The position numbers and the translations under genes are program-made. The notes beneath the pieces were generated by a model. The model saw nothing but the letters and a program-made list of their open reading frames with translations. It made no database searches and was not told where the DNA came from. 64,000 bases of DNA from Ignavibacteriota bacterium. GTDB taxonomy: Bacteria; Bacteroidota; Ignavibacteria; UBA10030. This document shows positions 9,222 through 18,838 of the stretch, piece after piece. How positions within the stretch are numbered: position 1 is the first letter of the stretch; each line of letters starts with the position of its first letter. The stretch spans positions 544,001-608,000 of the forward strand of contig CAVSHO010000009.1 in assembly GCA_963727825.1 (NCBI GenBank), in the 5' to 3' direction.

Positions 9222-11431
9222 AACATTATTCCCTCTATATCGCTCTTGTCTGTTTACTCCAAAGCACTACTGCACAACCGAATACTGGATCTATCACAGG
9301 ATCCATAAATGATACGAAAACACAAGAGCTGCTTACTGGAGTCAACGTTCTCCTTCGCGGCACTATTCGTGGTACAACAACAGACCTTAATGGGAAATAT
9401 AGATTGAATGGAATTCCGGCCGGAATGTACGACTTAACATTCTCAATGGTCGGGTATACTGCAGATACAGTTTATCAAATTTCGATTCAACGTGGTACAG
9501 AACTCCGACTTGATGCGCATCTCGTGCCGGCTCCCATTCAAGCAGATCAAGTGGTTGTCACCGCAGGCCGGCGAGAACAAAGCCTGCGCGAAGTTCCTGT
9601 GAGTGTAGCAACGGTAACATCCAAAATGATTGCCGATCATGTCTCTGTCACACTTGACGATGCACTGCGCTATGTTCCGGGTGTGAATATGATGGAAGAT
9701 CAAGTAAATATTCGCGGATCGTCCGGTTACAGCAGAGGTGTAGGCAGCCGTGTATTAATTTTGATTGACGGACTTCCGCTCATCACCGGTGATACCGGCG
9801 AAATCCCATGGGAAACAATTCCTATGTTTCAAATTGACCGGATTGAAGTTGTGAAAGGCGCCGGTTCCGCTCTGTACGGTTCGAGTGCACTTGGCGGAGT
9901 GATCAATGTCATTACGAAAGAGATCGGCGAGACACCGGAGATAAGATTTCGTTTGTTTTCAGGAATGTACGCTCGACCAAAATATGCGGAATGGGACTGG
10001 TCTCCCAATGCCCGATTTAACAGTGGCGGTTTTGTTAGCTACTCCAACCGAGTCGGTTCTTTCGGATATCTTGTGAGCGTCTCTCGGATGGTTGACGATA
10101 GCTATCGTGAAAATGACGTATATCACAGATGGGGCCTGTACTCAAAATTCAATTATAATTTTTCGCAATATCAGAGTGTAACACTTACGACTAATATTCA
10201 ATGGCGAGATCACGGCAATTTCTTCTGGTGGAAGAGCCTTAGTGACGCAACGAGGCCTGCAGATTCACAATTGGGTGGCGAAGTAAATTCAACGCGCGGA
10301 AACGTGAGTTTCGTCTATAAAGAAATTTTATCTGATAAGTTCTTTTATTCGCTCAAGGCAATCTATGTTGGCAACTTCTGGCAGGATAACATTTACGGGG
10401 TTGTCGGCAATACCGCAGCATCGCACACTACGCAGGTGGAAGCACAGGCGACATATGAGATTTCACCTGTTCAAACGGTAACCGGCGGTCTCGTTGCAAA
10501 CTATGATCGTATTTACACTAATATTTTTGGTTCTCATCCGGGCGTTGGCGCAGGATTCTATGCTCAGGATGAAATTGCTCTTCTCCAATCCCTCAAACTG
10601 ACTGCAGGAATCAGATACGACTGGCAAAGGATATGGAAAGAAATATTCGCAGCACCAATTTCTACTTCTCCTTCTCAATTAAATCCAAAAATCGGCTTTG
10701 TGTTTTCTCCAAATCCAACAGCAACGTTGCGAACTTCTTTTGGCGAAGGATTCCGCTATCCTTCGATGAGCGAATTATTTACCTCTGTAAATACAGGACT
10801 CAGCCAGATTACGGTAGCACCGAACGACAGCTTAAAACCGGAGCGCAGTGTTTCATTTGAAATTGGAGGTTCTCAATGGTTGAGTGAACGGATATTTCTC
10901 GACATAGCACTTTTCCAAAATAATTTCTACGATCTCATAGAAGCTGGTGTTATCCCGACACAATTCGTGATACAATTCAATAATGTTACGCGCGCAAGAA
11001 TTCGCGGCGTTGAAGTCGGAATCAAGGCAGATATGTTCAATCGATTTCTGACGACGGATATTAGCTATACATATATTGATCCTGTCGATTTAGACGATAA
11101 CACAATTCTCAAGTTTCGATCACGCAACTTATTTTATGCATCGCTGATTGCACAATACCGGCAGTGGCAAGCAAACCTGAATTACCGTTATGTGAGTCGC
11201 GTCGAAGCAATTGATGAAAACCTTGTTCGTCTTGCACCTATTGTCGACGGAGACTATCGTGTTGCGACCAACGTCGTAGATGCCGGCATCACCTATAACC
11301 TTAACAACCTCGGTATCCCGCTTACAGTTGGATTGACAATCAAGAATTTAACGAATTACTACTACGTAGAATTAATTGGCAATCTCGCTCCCGTTCGGAC
11401 GTATTACGTAAGCTTAGAAAGTGCTTGGTAA
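9218..11431 (+). CDS. TonB-dependent receptor with N-terminal carboxypeptidase-regulatory-like domain
   Basis: GTTTDLNGKY N-terminal domain, plug motif IDRIEVVKGAGSALYGSSALGGVINVIT, LKPERS, C-terminal aromatic residue. Confidence 0.95.
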   Translation: MKHYSLYIALVCLLQSTTAQPNTGSITGSINDTKTQELLTGVNVLLRGTIRGTTTDLNGKYRLNGIPAGMYDLTFSMVGYTADTVYQISIQRGTELRLDAHLVPAPIQADQVVVTAGRREQSLREVPVSVATVTSKMIADHVSVTLDDALRYVPGVNMMEDQVNIRGSSGYSRGVGSRVLILIDGLPLITGDTGEIPWETIPMFQIDRIEVVKGAGSALYGSSALGGVINVITKEIGETPEIRFRLFSGMYARPKYAEWDWSPNARFNSGGFVSYSNRVGSFGYLVSVSRMVDDSYRENDVYHRWGLYSKFNYNFSQYQSVTLTTNIQWRDHGNFFWWKSLSDATRPADSQLGGEVNSTRGNVSFVYKEILSDKFFYSLKAIYVGNFWQDNIYGVVGNTAASHTTQVEAQATYEISPVQTVTGGLVANYDRIYTNIFGSHPGVGAGFYAQDEIALLQSLKLTAGIRYDWQRIWKEIFAAPISTSPSQLNPKIGFVFSPNPTATLRTSFGEGFRYPSMSELFTSVNTGLSQITVAPNDSLKPERSVSFEIGGSQWLSERIFLDIALFQNNFYDLIEAGVIPTQFVIQFNNVTRARIRGVEVGIKADMFNRFLTTDISYTYIDPVDLDDNTILKFRSRNLFYASLIAQYRQWQANLNYRYVSRVEAIDENLVRLAPIVDGDYRVATNVVDAGITYNLNNLGIPLTVGLTIKNLTNYYYVELIGNLAPVRTYYVSLESAW

Positions 11432-11516
11432 AAGACTTCCATTTCCTTTTCGTCCCTCGCAAGACAAAATTGTATCACAAAGCATATAAGCCTCTGACAC
11501 GCAAATCGACATACTT

Positions 11517-12020
11517 TCACACCTGATCTATTTGTCGAATATGATGCTGCATATGTCCCAGATAATCTACAACAACATATCCGATTGTCACGAGTTCTCC
11601 TGAACCAAGTTTATATGGTACTCGTAAACATTCAACTGGCATATTTTGGATAATGTGGGCAAGATGGTAATTGTAAGACTTCCAAAAGGTCAATAATTCT
11701 TTCCATGGAAGAGAACCGTAGTTTTGTATTCTTACCCACTCGGTTTGCTCATACGGAGGAAAGCTAAAATCTTGCACATACTGCGCACGGACGAAACGCT
11801 GATGGTTGTTGGATGCAGAGTCTATCAGGTGTCCTAGAATTTCTTTTTTCGACCATTTATCCGGTTGCTGTTTCAGTGATGCTTTTGCATCATCCAAATT
11901 TTCGTGGCTCACACCTAAGTCTTCTACAGTCTTTCTGATTCCATCTGCAATCTTTTCTGGAATCTCTGATACGTTATCGATTTTATCAACGAATCGTTCA
12001 ATGGGATACTTAGTTTTCAT
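11517..12020 (-). CDS. DinB/YfiT-like family protein
   Basis: KWSKKEILGHLIDSASNNHQRF and DYLGHMQHH His triad. Probable start ATG 12020. Confidence 0.85.
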   Translation of the reverse strand: MKTKYPIERFVDKIDNVSEIPEKIADGIRKTVEDLGVSHENLDDAKASLKQQPDKWSKKEILGHLIDSASNNHQRFVRAQYVQDFSFPPYEQTEWVRIQNYGSLPWKELLTFWKSYNYHLAHIIQNMPVECLRVPYKLGSGELVTIGYVVVDYLGHMQHHIRQIDQV

Positions 12021-12151
12021 GTTAACTTTCAAATAAATAATGAAATTATTTTTCAAATCCTGTTAAAGAAACAGAAGTTTTCTACCCGTACTTCCTGTTA
12101 TTTATTTGCTTCACTGACCTTTTCTTCATAAAGGTAGCATTGTTGTTCAAA

Positions 12152-13855
12152 TCAGACTTCTGCTGTTGATAAAAATTTTGGAGTCTTGCGTGTGTGCGTT
12201 GCCTGCTCAAAGGCGTACGCAAACTTGAGCAACTTAGGTTCACTCCACGCACGGCCAAAGAACGATATCCCAATGGGCAATCCAAAAACAAATCCTGCAG
12301 GAACGGTGATGCTCGGATACCCTGCAACTGCGGCGATGGTTGAACTGCCGCCAAGAAAGTGATCACTATCGATCAAGTCTGTGAGCCATGCAGGGCTGTC
12401 GGTAGGTGCGACAAGTGCGTCTAATTTAAATTTTTTCATCGTTGCATCAATACCATCTTTGCGCGACATCCTGCGGCACAACTTCAATGCATCAAGATAT
12501 TCTTTACTTGTCAATGGACCCTTTGCTTCCGCCTTTAGAAAATTCTCTTGTCCAAAATACGGCATCTCCGATTTTGCATTCTTCTCATTGTATTCAATGA
12601 GCTCTTTCAATGAATGAACAGGTGTGCTTGCACCAAGGCGCGCAAAGTAAGCGTTCAGGTCTGCTTTAAGTTCGTACAATAAAACTGTTAGTTCAGCATC
12701 GTCGAATTTTCCAATTGTTGGTATATCTGCAGGGTCGACTACTGTCGCCCCTTGCTGTTTGAGGACAACCAATGCATTGTTGATTACTTTATCAACTTCA
12801 GGATGGAAACCAAAGTATTTTCGTACAACGCCAATTCTTGCTCTCTCCAGACCTTTTAGATCGAGATATTGAGTATAGTCGTTGAAGGATTTTCCTCGAC
12901 TGTCACCGGTCGCCTTATCTTCTGCATCGAAGCCAGCAAGAACACCAAGAACAATTGCAGCATCGCGCACAGTGCGTGCCATAGGTCCGGGAGTATCCTG
13001 TGTATGCGATATCGGTATCACTCCCGTGCGACTAACAAGTCCGACAGTCGGCTTAACACCCACTAATCCATTTATCGATGACGGGCTTACGATTGAGCCG
13101 TCAGTCTCCGTGCCAATCGCCGCTGCACAAAGATTGGCTGAAACAGCTGCGGCCGATCCGGAACTAGAACCCGATGTATTTCTATCTAATGCATACGGAT
13201 TTTTTGTCAACCCGCCTCTGCCGCTCCATCCACTTGTGGAACGGTTCGAGCGTATATTCGCCCATTCGCTCAAATTTGTTTTCCCAAAAATCAGTGCGCC
13301 TGCATTGCGTAGTTGCTGAACAAGGAACGCATCTTTCGGCGGCTTTGCTCCCACCAACGCCAAAGAGCCGGCAGTTGTCGCCATTCGATCTGCAGTGTCG
13401 ATATTGTCTTTGATTAAAATCGGAATCCCATGCAGCGGACTGCGTACCCCTTTTTCTTTTCGCTCCCTATCAAGTGCATCGGCAATGGAAAGCGCGTCAG
13501 GATTCAACTCGATCACACTTCGGAGTGTTGGACCTTGCCGGTCAAATACTTCGATGCGGGATAAATATTTTTCTGCTATAGATCGAGCAGTGTATTTTCC
13601 TGAAGCCATCCCTTCCGCAAGCTCGCCGATACTTTTCTCTTCCAGTTCAAAAGATGAACTGTCGATTTGAGGTGTAAGAGAGGCAACTTTTTTTTCTGCA
13701 AACCCAAAAGCAGGGAGAACTGCTGTAGTCAAGCTCGCGAGCAAACTTGATTTTACAAAACCTCTGCGGGATAAATTACCATTTCTGTTTGGGGATTCTT
13801 CTATTCGATCCATAGATTGTATCTCCTTATCGATTTTTTCAATTGGGTTCTTCAT
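12152..13855 (-). CDS. Amidase-signature family amidase with Tat signal peptide
   Basis: IKDNIDT, GKTNLSEW, SGSSSGS, GTETDGSIVSPS. Twin-arginine motif SRRGFVK. Start codon uncertain. Confidence 0.92.
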   Translation of the reverse strand: MKNPIEKIDKEIQSMDRIEESPNRNGNLSRRGFVKSSLLASLTTAVLPAFGFAEKKVASLTPQIDSSSFELEEKSIGELAEGMASGKYTARSIAEKYLSRIEVFDRQGPTLRSVIELNPDALSIADALDRERKEKGVRSPLHGIPILIKDNIDTADRMATTAGSLALVGAKPPKDAFLVQQLRNAGALIFGKTNLSEWANIRSNRSTSGWSGRGGLTKNPYALDRNTSGSSSGSAAAVSANLCAAAIGTETDGSIVSPSSINGLVGVKPTVGLVSRTGVIPISHTQDTPGPMARTVRDAAIVLGVLAGFDAEDKATGDSRGKSFNDYTQYLDLKGLERARIGVVRKYFGFHPEVDKVINNALVVLKQQGATVVDPADIPTIGKFDDAELTVLLYELKADLNAYFARLGASTPVHSLKELIEYNEKNAKSEMPYFGQENFLKAEAKGPLTSKEYLDALKLCRRMSRKDGIDATMKKFKLDALVAPTDSPAWLTDLIDSDHFLGGSSTIAAVAGYPSITVPAGFVFGLPIGISFFGRAWSEPKLLKFAYAFEQATHTRKTPKFLSTAEV

Positions 13856-13942
13856 GTTATTCGGATGAGAAATTTTTTCCCCTGTATGCACAAATCTACT
13901 TCATGGGCAATACAAAAACAAGGGGTGTGGCTGGAGAAGACA

Positions 13943-13970
13943 GTAGAGGCAATTGATGAATCGCCTCTAC
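13943..13970. repeat. GTAG-type REP-like palindrome
   Basis: GTAGAGGCAATTGATGAATCGCCTCTAC, an imperfect palindrome. Confidence 0.7.
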
Positions 13971-13994
13971 AAGTTCGGTGAAACCTTCTGTATG

Positions 13995-14431
13995 CTATTT
14001 GTTACATTTCTTTATTACATCTTGTTGAAGCCGTTCTAAATTAGTTTGGTCGAAATAACGACCGCGAAATACTACGCTTTGTATCTGACGAGTGTTTCAA
14101 ATATCTTCAAGTGGAATGGAGCGTAATAGAACGAATGAAGCTGTGTTCCTTCTGCAACTGTTCCAAGACGACTGTCCACAGCCATGAACTTTACGGGAAT
14201 AATAGTGGCACTGCATAATATTTCCGCTGGAGAAATTCCTGCTTCCTGCCACAATACCATCTCTTTTTGTACAGAATACCCCGCTATCACTCCTTTTTCA
14301 GCATCTACTATTGTAACTCTGATGATAACGAGAGTTAATGGAGCAGTTTGTTCCTTTTGGCATAATGCAGTCACTGGCAATATGATAAATGAAATCAAAA
14401 TAAAAGCAAAAACCGATAAATAATTACTCAC
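13995..14431 (-). pseudogene. Internally deleted amidohydrolase remnant
   Basis: Signal peptide plus LVIIRVTIVDAEKG is joined directly to the C-terminal EAGISPAEILCSAT...RLGTVAEG. After a frameshift it continues ASFVLLRSIPLEDI*NTRQIQSVVFRGRYFD, with an in-frame TGA. Confidence 0.8.
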
Positions 14432-14453
14432 AAATATTTTCCTTTACATAAAT

Positions 14454-15392
14454 TTATATCTTTTTAGTAAGCTGTTTTGCAACAACTAAAATGAGGCTTT
14501 TTATAAATTTTAAAACGACCACTATTGTGATAGTGAAAACAAATATCGTCGCAATAGTATTCAGATCGACGCCGGGGATTTTCGCAAAATCTGTTTTCAC
14601 CGGGCTATTGCAAACAAACTGGAGCAAAATTAGGATCGCAAAGTTTTTAATTAGGTCAGGCCAAAGGGACCGGCTTATGAAGCGCGCTGCGTAGCCGATG
14701 ACTTCACACCCCAGCATTGCCATGAAGAGAAGGGAATAATAGAACGAAGCACTCGTACCGAACATCGGCACCGGATTAAAGGGATTATTCATTGAAGCGA
14801 AGAAAATCGTGCCGAATCGTATAATAGAATACAAGAAAAATGAGAAAACAATGATTAAGAAAGTCATAAAAAAGATATTTGGCTTTTTCATTTCCTTTGT
14901 AGCTTCTATCTTTGAAAAAAGTCTCGGCCAGGGGAGATGAGCATCCTTATTCTTCTGTGTCACTAAATAAAGAAATATTGCGACTAACCCGAGGTCATAG
15001 ATAAATGCCATCGGTACGTAAAACACGAACTGCCATATGCCCATAGCAGGAATATACAGGAAGGGGAATCCCAGCATATCGAAATGGAATAGAAAAGTAA
15101 TAAGGGTCAAGGCTAGGTGGCTGGCAAAAAGTATTCCCGTATAGAGAAAAAGATGTCGTATGAAAGTTGGTGAGATGATTTCAAATCCTTCCAGGTATTT
15201 TGCTGCAACCTGCTGCGGTTTGCCGTACTCGGAAATGATTTTATTTATACTATCCTCGGTTATTGTTTCATATTCATCTTCTGTTTTTTCAAGGATATGG
15301 CTTTTAATTTCAGCTAGTATCTCCTCTGTGCCATCCTTGACAGCAAGATAATGACTGATTTCCAGCAGATAATTTTCAAGATTTTGATACAT
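14454..15392 (-). CDS. Membrane protein with N-terminal HAAS-like domain (PadR partner)
   Basis: LENYLLEISHYL...EILAEIKSHILE...YGKPQQVAAKY followed by about 6 TM helices, directly downstream of PadR. Confidence 0.8.
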   Translation of the reverse strand: MYQNLENYLLEISHYLAVKDGTEEILAEIKSHILEKTEDEYETITEDSINKIISEYGKPQQVAAKYLEGFEIISPTFIRHLFLYTGILFASHLALTLITFLFHFDMLGFPFLYIPAMGIWQFVFYVPMAFIYDLGLVAIFLYLVTQKNKDAHLPWPRLFSKIEATKEMKKPNIFFMTFLIIVFSFFLYSIIRFGTIFFASMNNPFNPVPMFGTSASFYYSLLFMAMLGCEVIGYAARFISRSLWPDLIKNFAILILLQFVCNSPVKTDFAKIPGVDLNTIATIFVFTITIVVVLKFIKSLILVVAKQLTKKI

Positions 15393-15396
15393 AAGA

Positions 15397-15723
15397 TTAG
15401 ACCTCCATTATTTTTTTTAAAATATCGTTTTGTTTCCCCCAGATAGAGAGGGCTTTTTTCCGCATCGACCGCCCCAGAGGGGTGATGAGGTAAAACTTCT
15501 TAGGCCTGTCATCGCTCACATCCCATTCACTCTTGATCACACCGTTCTTTTCAAGCCTGCGAAGAATGGGATAGAGCGTGTTCTCTTCCACCGCATAGCC
15601 GATCTGTTCGAGAAATCTGAGCATTTTATACCCATACATTTTTTGTTCAAGTGCCGCAAGAACAAGTATTTGCAGGAACCCCCTGTTCATTTCGGTCTCG
15701 AGATTTGTGATGTCTATTTCCAT
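15397..15723 (-). CDS. PadR family transcriptional regulator
   Basis: RGFLQILVLAAL, MYGY, NTLYPILRRLE, RPKKFYLITPLG. Confidence 0.95.
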   Translation of the reverse strand: MEIDITNLETEMNRGFLQILVLAALEQKMYGYKMLRFLEQIGYAVEENTLYPILRRLEKNGVIKSEWDVSDDRPKKFYLITPLGRSMRKKALSIWGKQNDILKKIMEV

Positions 15724-15753
15724 TTCTTTTTCCTCTATATACTATACGATATT

Positions 15754-15782
15754 ATTATACTGTATGTTACACAGTATGTCAA
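15754..15782 (-). promoter_or_regulatory. Consensus promoter with overlapping palindromic PadR operator
   Basis: Minus strand TTGACA-17 nt-TATAAT. Inverted repeat ATACTGT-n7-ACAGTAT at 15757..15777. Confidence 0.8.
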
Positions 15783-15855
15783 GATTTTTTTTTATATCTT
15801 TTTTTTTCGATTAATAAGAAGCGGGGAAAGTAACGGTTAATGCAGGTGGGTTCTC

Positions 15856-15912
15856 GTAGGGGCGATTCACTTGTTCGCCGTAGTTTAGCGAAGGAGGATG
15901 AGCCGCCATATT
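15856..15912. repeat. REP-like palindrome with a second palindromic element nested in it
   Basis: GTAGGGGCGATTCA[CTTGTTCGCCGTAGTTTAGCGAAGGAGGA]TGAGCCGCC. The flanks resemble the 13943 element. Confidence 0.55.
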
Positions 15913-15933
15913 AGTTGGGTCAATCGGTTAATC

Positions 15934-16545
15934 TTAAATTATAATAACATATATCCCTACGGCACTCATGACAAACCCGGCCGCTTGATTTATCCTTTTT
16001 TGTATTTTCTCGCTCATTTGTATTTTATGTGATAAGCTCGCGATATAGCTATACGTCCCCACCACACTGAATGACACCAATATAAGAATCGCCATCATCA
16101 GTAAAGCATCTGTGAATCTTATCTCGTTAAAATTGATGATTGTGGGAAGCACGCTTGCGTAAAATAATATCGGCTTGGGATTACCGAGTGTCAGGAGTAA
16201 ACCGCTCAAGCATGTCTGCCATTTATTTTTTCCCCCGTTTGTTTTTACATTTGTACTGAACTGACTGCTCTTGAACATTCTGATACCGAGGTATACCAGG
16301 TACAGGCCTCCGGCAATCCTGATGGCAAGGAACATGCCGCCTAACATTTTCGCAATTGCCGATAATCCCAATAATGCCAGATTAAAGAAAATAATATCGC
16401 CCAGTACCAGTCCTCCAATAAAGAACAGCGACATTTTAAATCCTTCGGCAACTGCCTTTGCCATAGACCCGAATACACCGGGGCCCGGGGTTGCTGCAAG
16501 TATTGTCATCCCTATAAAAAATGCAATTAATAAATTGATGTTCAT
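15934..16545 (-). CDS. LysE/RhtB family amino-acid exporter
   Basis: TPGPG, GGLYLVYLG, LGNPKPILFY. Confidence 0.92.
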   Translation of the reverse strand: MNINLLIAFFIGMTILAATPGPGVFGSMAKAVAEGFKMSLFFIGGLVLGDIIFFNLALLGLSAIAKMLGGMFLAIRIAGGLYLVYLGIRMFKSSQFSTNVKTNGGKNKWQTCLSGLLLTLGNPKPILFYASVLPTIINFNEIRFTDALLMMAILILVSFSVVGTYSYIASLSHKIQMSEKIQKRINQAAGFVMSAVGIYVIII

Positions 16546-16555
16546 GATTTTTATG

Positions 16556-16861
16556 TTAGTGATGAATGTCTGTAAACCCATGACTTAACATAATGCTCAT
16601 AAGGAGGATGCCCACAAAAAAAATAATAACACTCCATATCCTGGAATTTGATATTTTCCCCGCTCTGAATAATACATACCCTACGATCAGGTTAAACAAG
16701 CCCCATAGCACATTCACTGTCGGGGATGATAAACCTTTACCGGGTGGATTAGAAAATGGTGTGGGGAACGCTACACCGGAAATACCGTTGATAAAGTGAG
16801 GGACCATATTTGCAATAAACATCCCTGCAAAGAAACAAGCAATGTAATGATACCATTTCAT
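16556..16861 (-). CDS. Small hypothetical membrane protein
   Basis: 3 TM segments, NxxPHFxxG-FPTPF-PPGKGLSSPxVNVLWG pattern, AGGAG RBS. Confidence 0.8.
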   Translation of the reverse strand: MKWYHYIACFFAGMFIANMVPHFINGISGVAFPTPFSNPPGKGLSSPTVNVLWGLFNLIVGYVLFRAGKISNSRIWSVIIFFVGILLMSIMLSHGFTDIHH

Positions 16862-17187
16862 GACAATATTCTCCTTTTTAAGTTTTTATATTGGGGACAA
16901 ACTTTTTCTCTGTTTGTACAAATCTACTTTATCGGCAATATAGAAGCAAGAGGCGGCGGAATAGCTGGTGCGGCTGGTTTGCGATTTTCCTATCAGTAAA
17001 TATATCATATTCCAGATTAGGCGGCAAGGAAGAACAGAAATGGAAGCCTTTTTTTACTTGGATTTTGACTAGAAAGCTATAAATTGGGTACAACATACTT
17101 TCGCAATATAAGAACATGCTATCGCATGGTATAACTTTATGTTAATTCTATTATTGCAGATAAAATTATTTCGGAGGGTGTTTCCCC

Positions 17188-18027
17188 ATGACAAACCAAT
17201 CAATAAAAGTAGTGCTTACAGCACCATATTTTGGCTCGCTTTTTCAAATCGCCATACTTGAACATTTTAAAAAGTTATTAAGTTCGGAAAACCTATCGTT
17301 CCGGTCTTCGACAAATGATTTGACTAAGCAAAGTGATTCTCTAAAAAAAATATTGATGGATAATAAACCCACTGTTATGATAGCTATTTCTATGAACCCA
17401 GATCCCGATATTATTTCGCTTTATAAATCGAATAATGTACCCATTGTACTGCTTGATGGAGAAGCGGCCGGGGCATCCACCTTAGCGACGGATAACTATA
17501 AGGGCGGACAAATTGCTGCAGAGCATTTTATCTCAAAAGGGAAAAAGAAAATTGCAATTGTGAATGGCAGACCTAATTCTGTAGGCGGTTTTGCCGGAAA
17601 TTATTGTGCAAAATTGCGATTGAAGGGATTTACTGATGCATTAAAACAAAGAGGACTTAGTATACCGGTTGGATGTAACATTGAGGTGCCAAATTACTCT
17701 CGTGAAGACGGAGTTGCGGCGATGCCAAAGCTCATAGATATAGGTGTTGACGCAATTTTCTGTGCAGCCGCAGACAACACTGCAGTGGGTCTTCTCTCGG
17801 TAGCTAAAGAACGAGGAGTTCGAATACCGGAGGATATAGCAGTCATCGGTTTTGATGATTTGCCAATTGCACAGCTTTCAACTCCAACGCTCACAACAAT
17901 CAAGCAACCTATGAAGGATATAGTGGAAGCAGCATTTAAAATGGCAACAGTACAACGAGAAGAAATTCTTAAAAACCCCAAAAAGGTTTTGTTTAAGCCC
18001 GAACTTATTATCCGACAGTCCGCATAA
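17188..18027 (+). CDS. LacI/GalR-type ligand-binding domain protein lacking an HTH
   Basis: TDNYKGG, RLKGF, DAIFCAAAD, IPEDIAVIGFDD, PTLTTIKQP, PELIIRQS. GGAGG RBS before ATG and no N-terminal HTH. Confidence 0.88.
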   Translation: MTNQSIKVVLTAPYFGSLFQIAILEHFKKLLSSENLSFRSSTNDLTKQSDSLKKILMDNKPTVMIAISMNPDPDIISLYKSNNVPIVLLDGEAAGASTLATDNYKGGQIAAEHFISKGKKKIAIVNGRPNSVGGFAGNYCAKLRLKGFTDALKQRGLSIPVGCNIEVPNYSREDGVAAMPKLIDIGVDAIFCAAADNTAVGLLSVAKERGVRIPEDIAVIGFDDLPIAQLSTPTLTTIKQPMKDIVEAAFKMATVQREEILKNPKKVLFKPELIIRQSA

Positions 18028-18088
18028 TATATAATTGACGGCAGGAATAAAATTTGGGTTGGATTTAAATCAGGTGTTTTAGTGCGGA

Positions 18089-18838
18089 TCAGGATTTATT
18101 TACAGAAGAATTCCGCAGATGCGCCATTGTATAGTATGCCCCGCCAAGACAAAGTCCAATTAGCGGCACTAATAAACCACACGCAATCCAATAGCCATAT
18201 TGAGTTTCCGGGGTTAGCCGGATAGCTACATACGATGGCAAGCCGCCCAAACAGAATGCCGCGATGAAAGTTACAATGCGGTTCTTCCGCGACAATCCAC
18301 GATAGAAAAAAAGACTCGCTACAAGTCCATCAAGAAACGGTACGTGCTTCGATTCGTTCTGGCTCCACGTATTCCATAACCATATCAAGTACATTGCAGT
18401 GACTATGCAAATGAGGCAGTACCAACCAAGAAAGAGAATCCAGTATATGTCGGTTGGCGTCTTAAAGTCGGGATCAAGCATTGCAAGATGAATTCGGTGT
18501 AAAAACAACACTCCTACTACCCATGCCGCTAAAAGCGCCATTGCAATGCGGGATCGTTCAACAGAACGTCCATGAAGCGCTGTTTTGAGATTATGGTATC
18601 GCTGAACAAGCCGCGGACATCGTCCATGTTTCATCAAATATATTTCAAGTACTCGTATTAGATAAAGCAAAAATATAACACAAATGACTAATGCCGCAAG
18701 GGTTCCCAAGACCCACAAGGACCGAGCAAAGAACACGATTAATCCGACAAGAATCACGAGCACTTGAAATTCTTCTCGATGATACCATTTAAACGAAAAT
18801 AAATGCTGGTCATCGTTCATTATCGGATTTTCATTCAT
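18089..18838 (-). CDS. Hypothetical polytopic membrane protein
   Basis: About 6 hydrophobic segments. Start overlaps the upstream stop (ATGA). Confidence 0.75.
   Translation of the reverse strand: MNENPIMNDDQHLFSFKWYHREEFQVLVILVGLIVFFARSLWVLGTLAALVICVIFLLYLIRVLEIYLMKHGRCPRLVQRYHNLKTALHGRSVERSRIAMALLAAWVVGVLFLHRIHLAMLDPDFKTPTDIYWILFLGWYCLICIVTAMYLIWLWNTWSQNESKHVPFLDGLVASLFFYRGLSRKNRIVTFIAAFCLGGLPSYVAIRLTPETQYGYWIACGLLVPLIGLCLGGAYYTMAHLRNSSVNKS

Noticed and set aside
14095-14102. Selenocysteine or readthrough TGA in the amidohydrolase fragment
   Set aside because: The position corresponds to Arg (CGA to TGA) in a fragment that also has a frameshift and a large deletion.
16940-17060. Riboswitch upstream of the LacI-like gene (GC-rich patch, AGGC...GCCT plus U-tract)
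   Set aside because: The stem is only 4 bp and I recognise no aptamer consensus.
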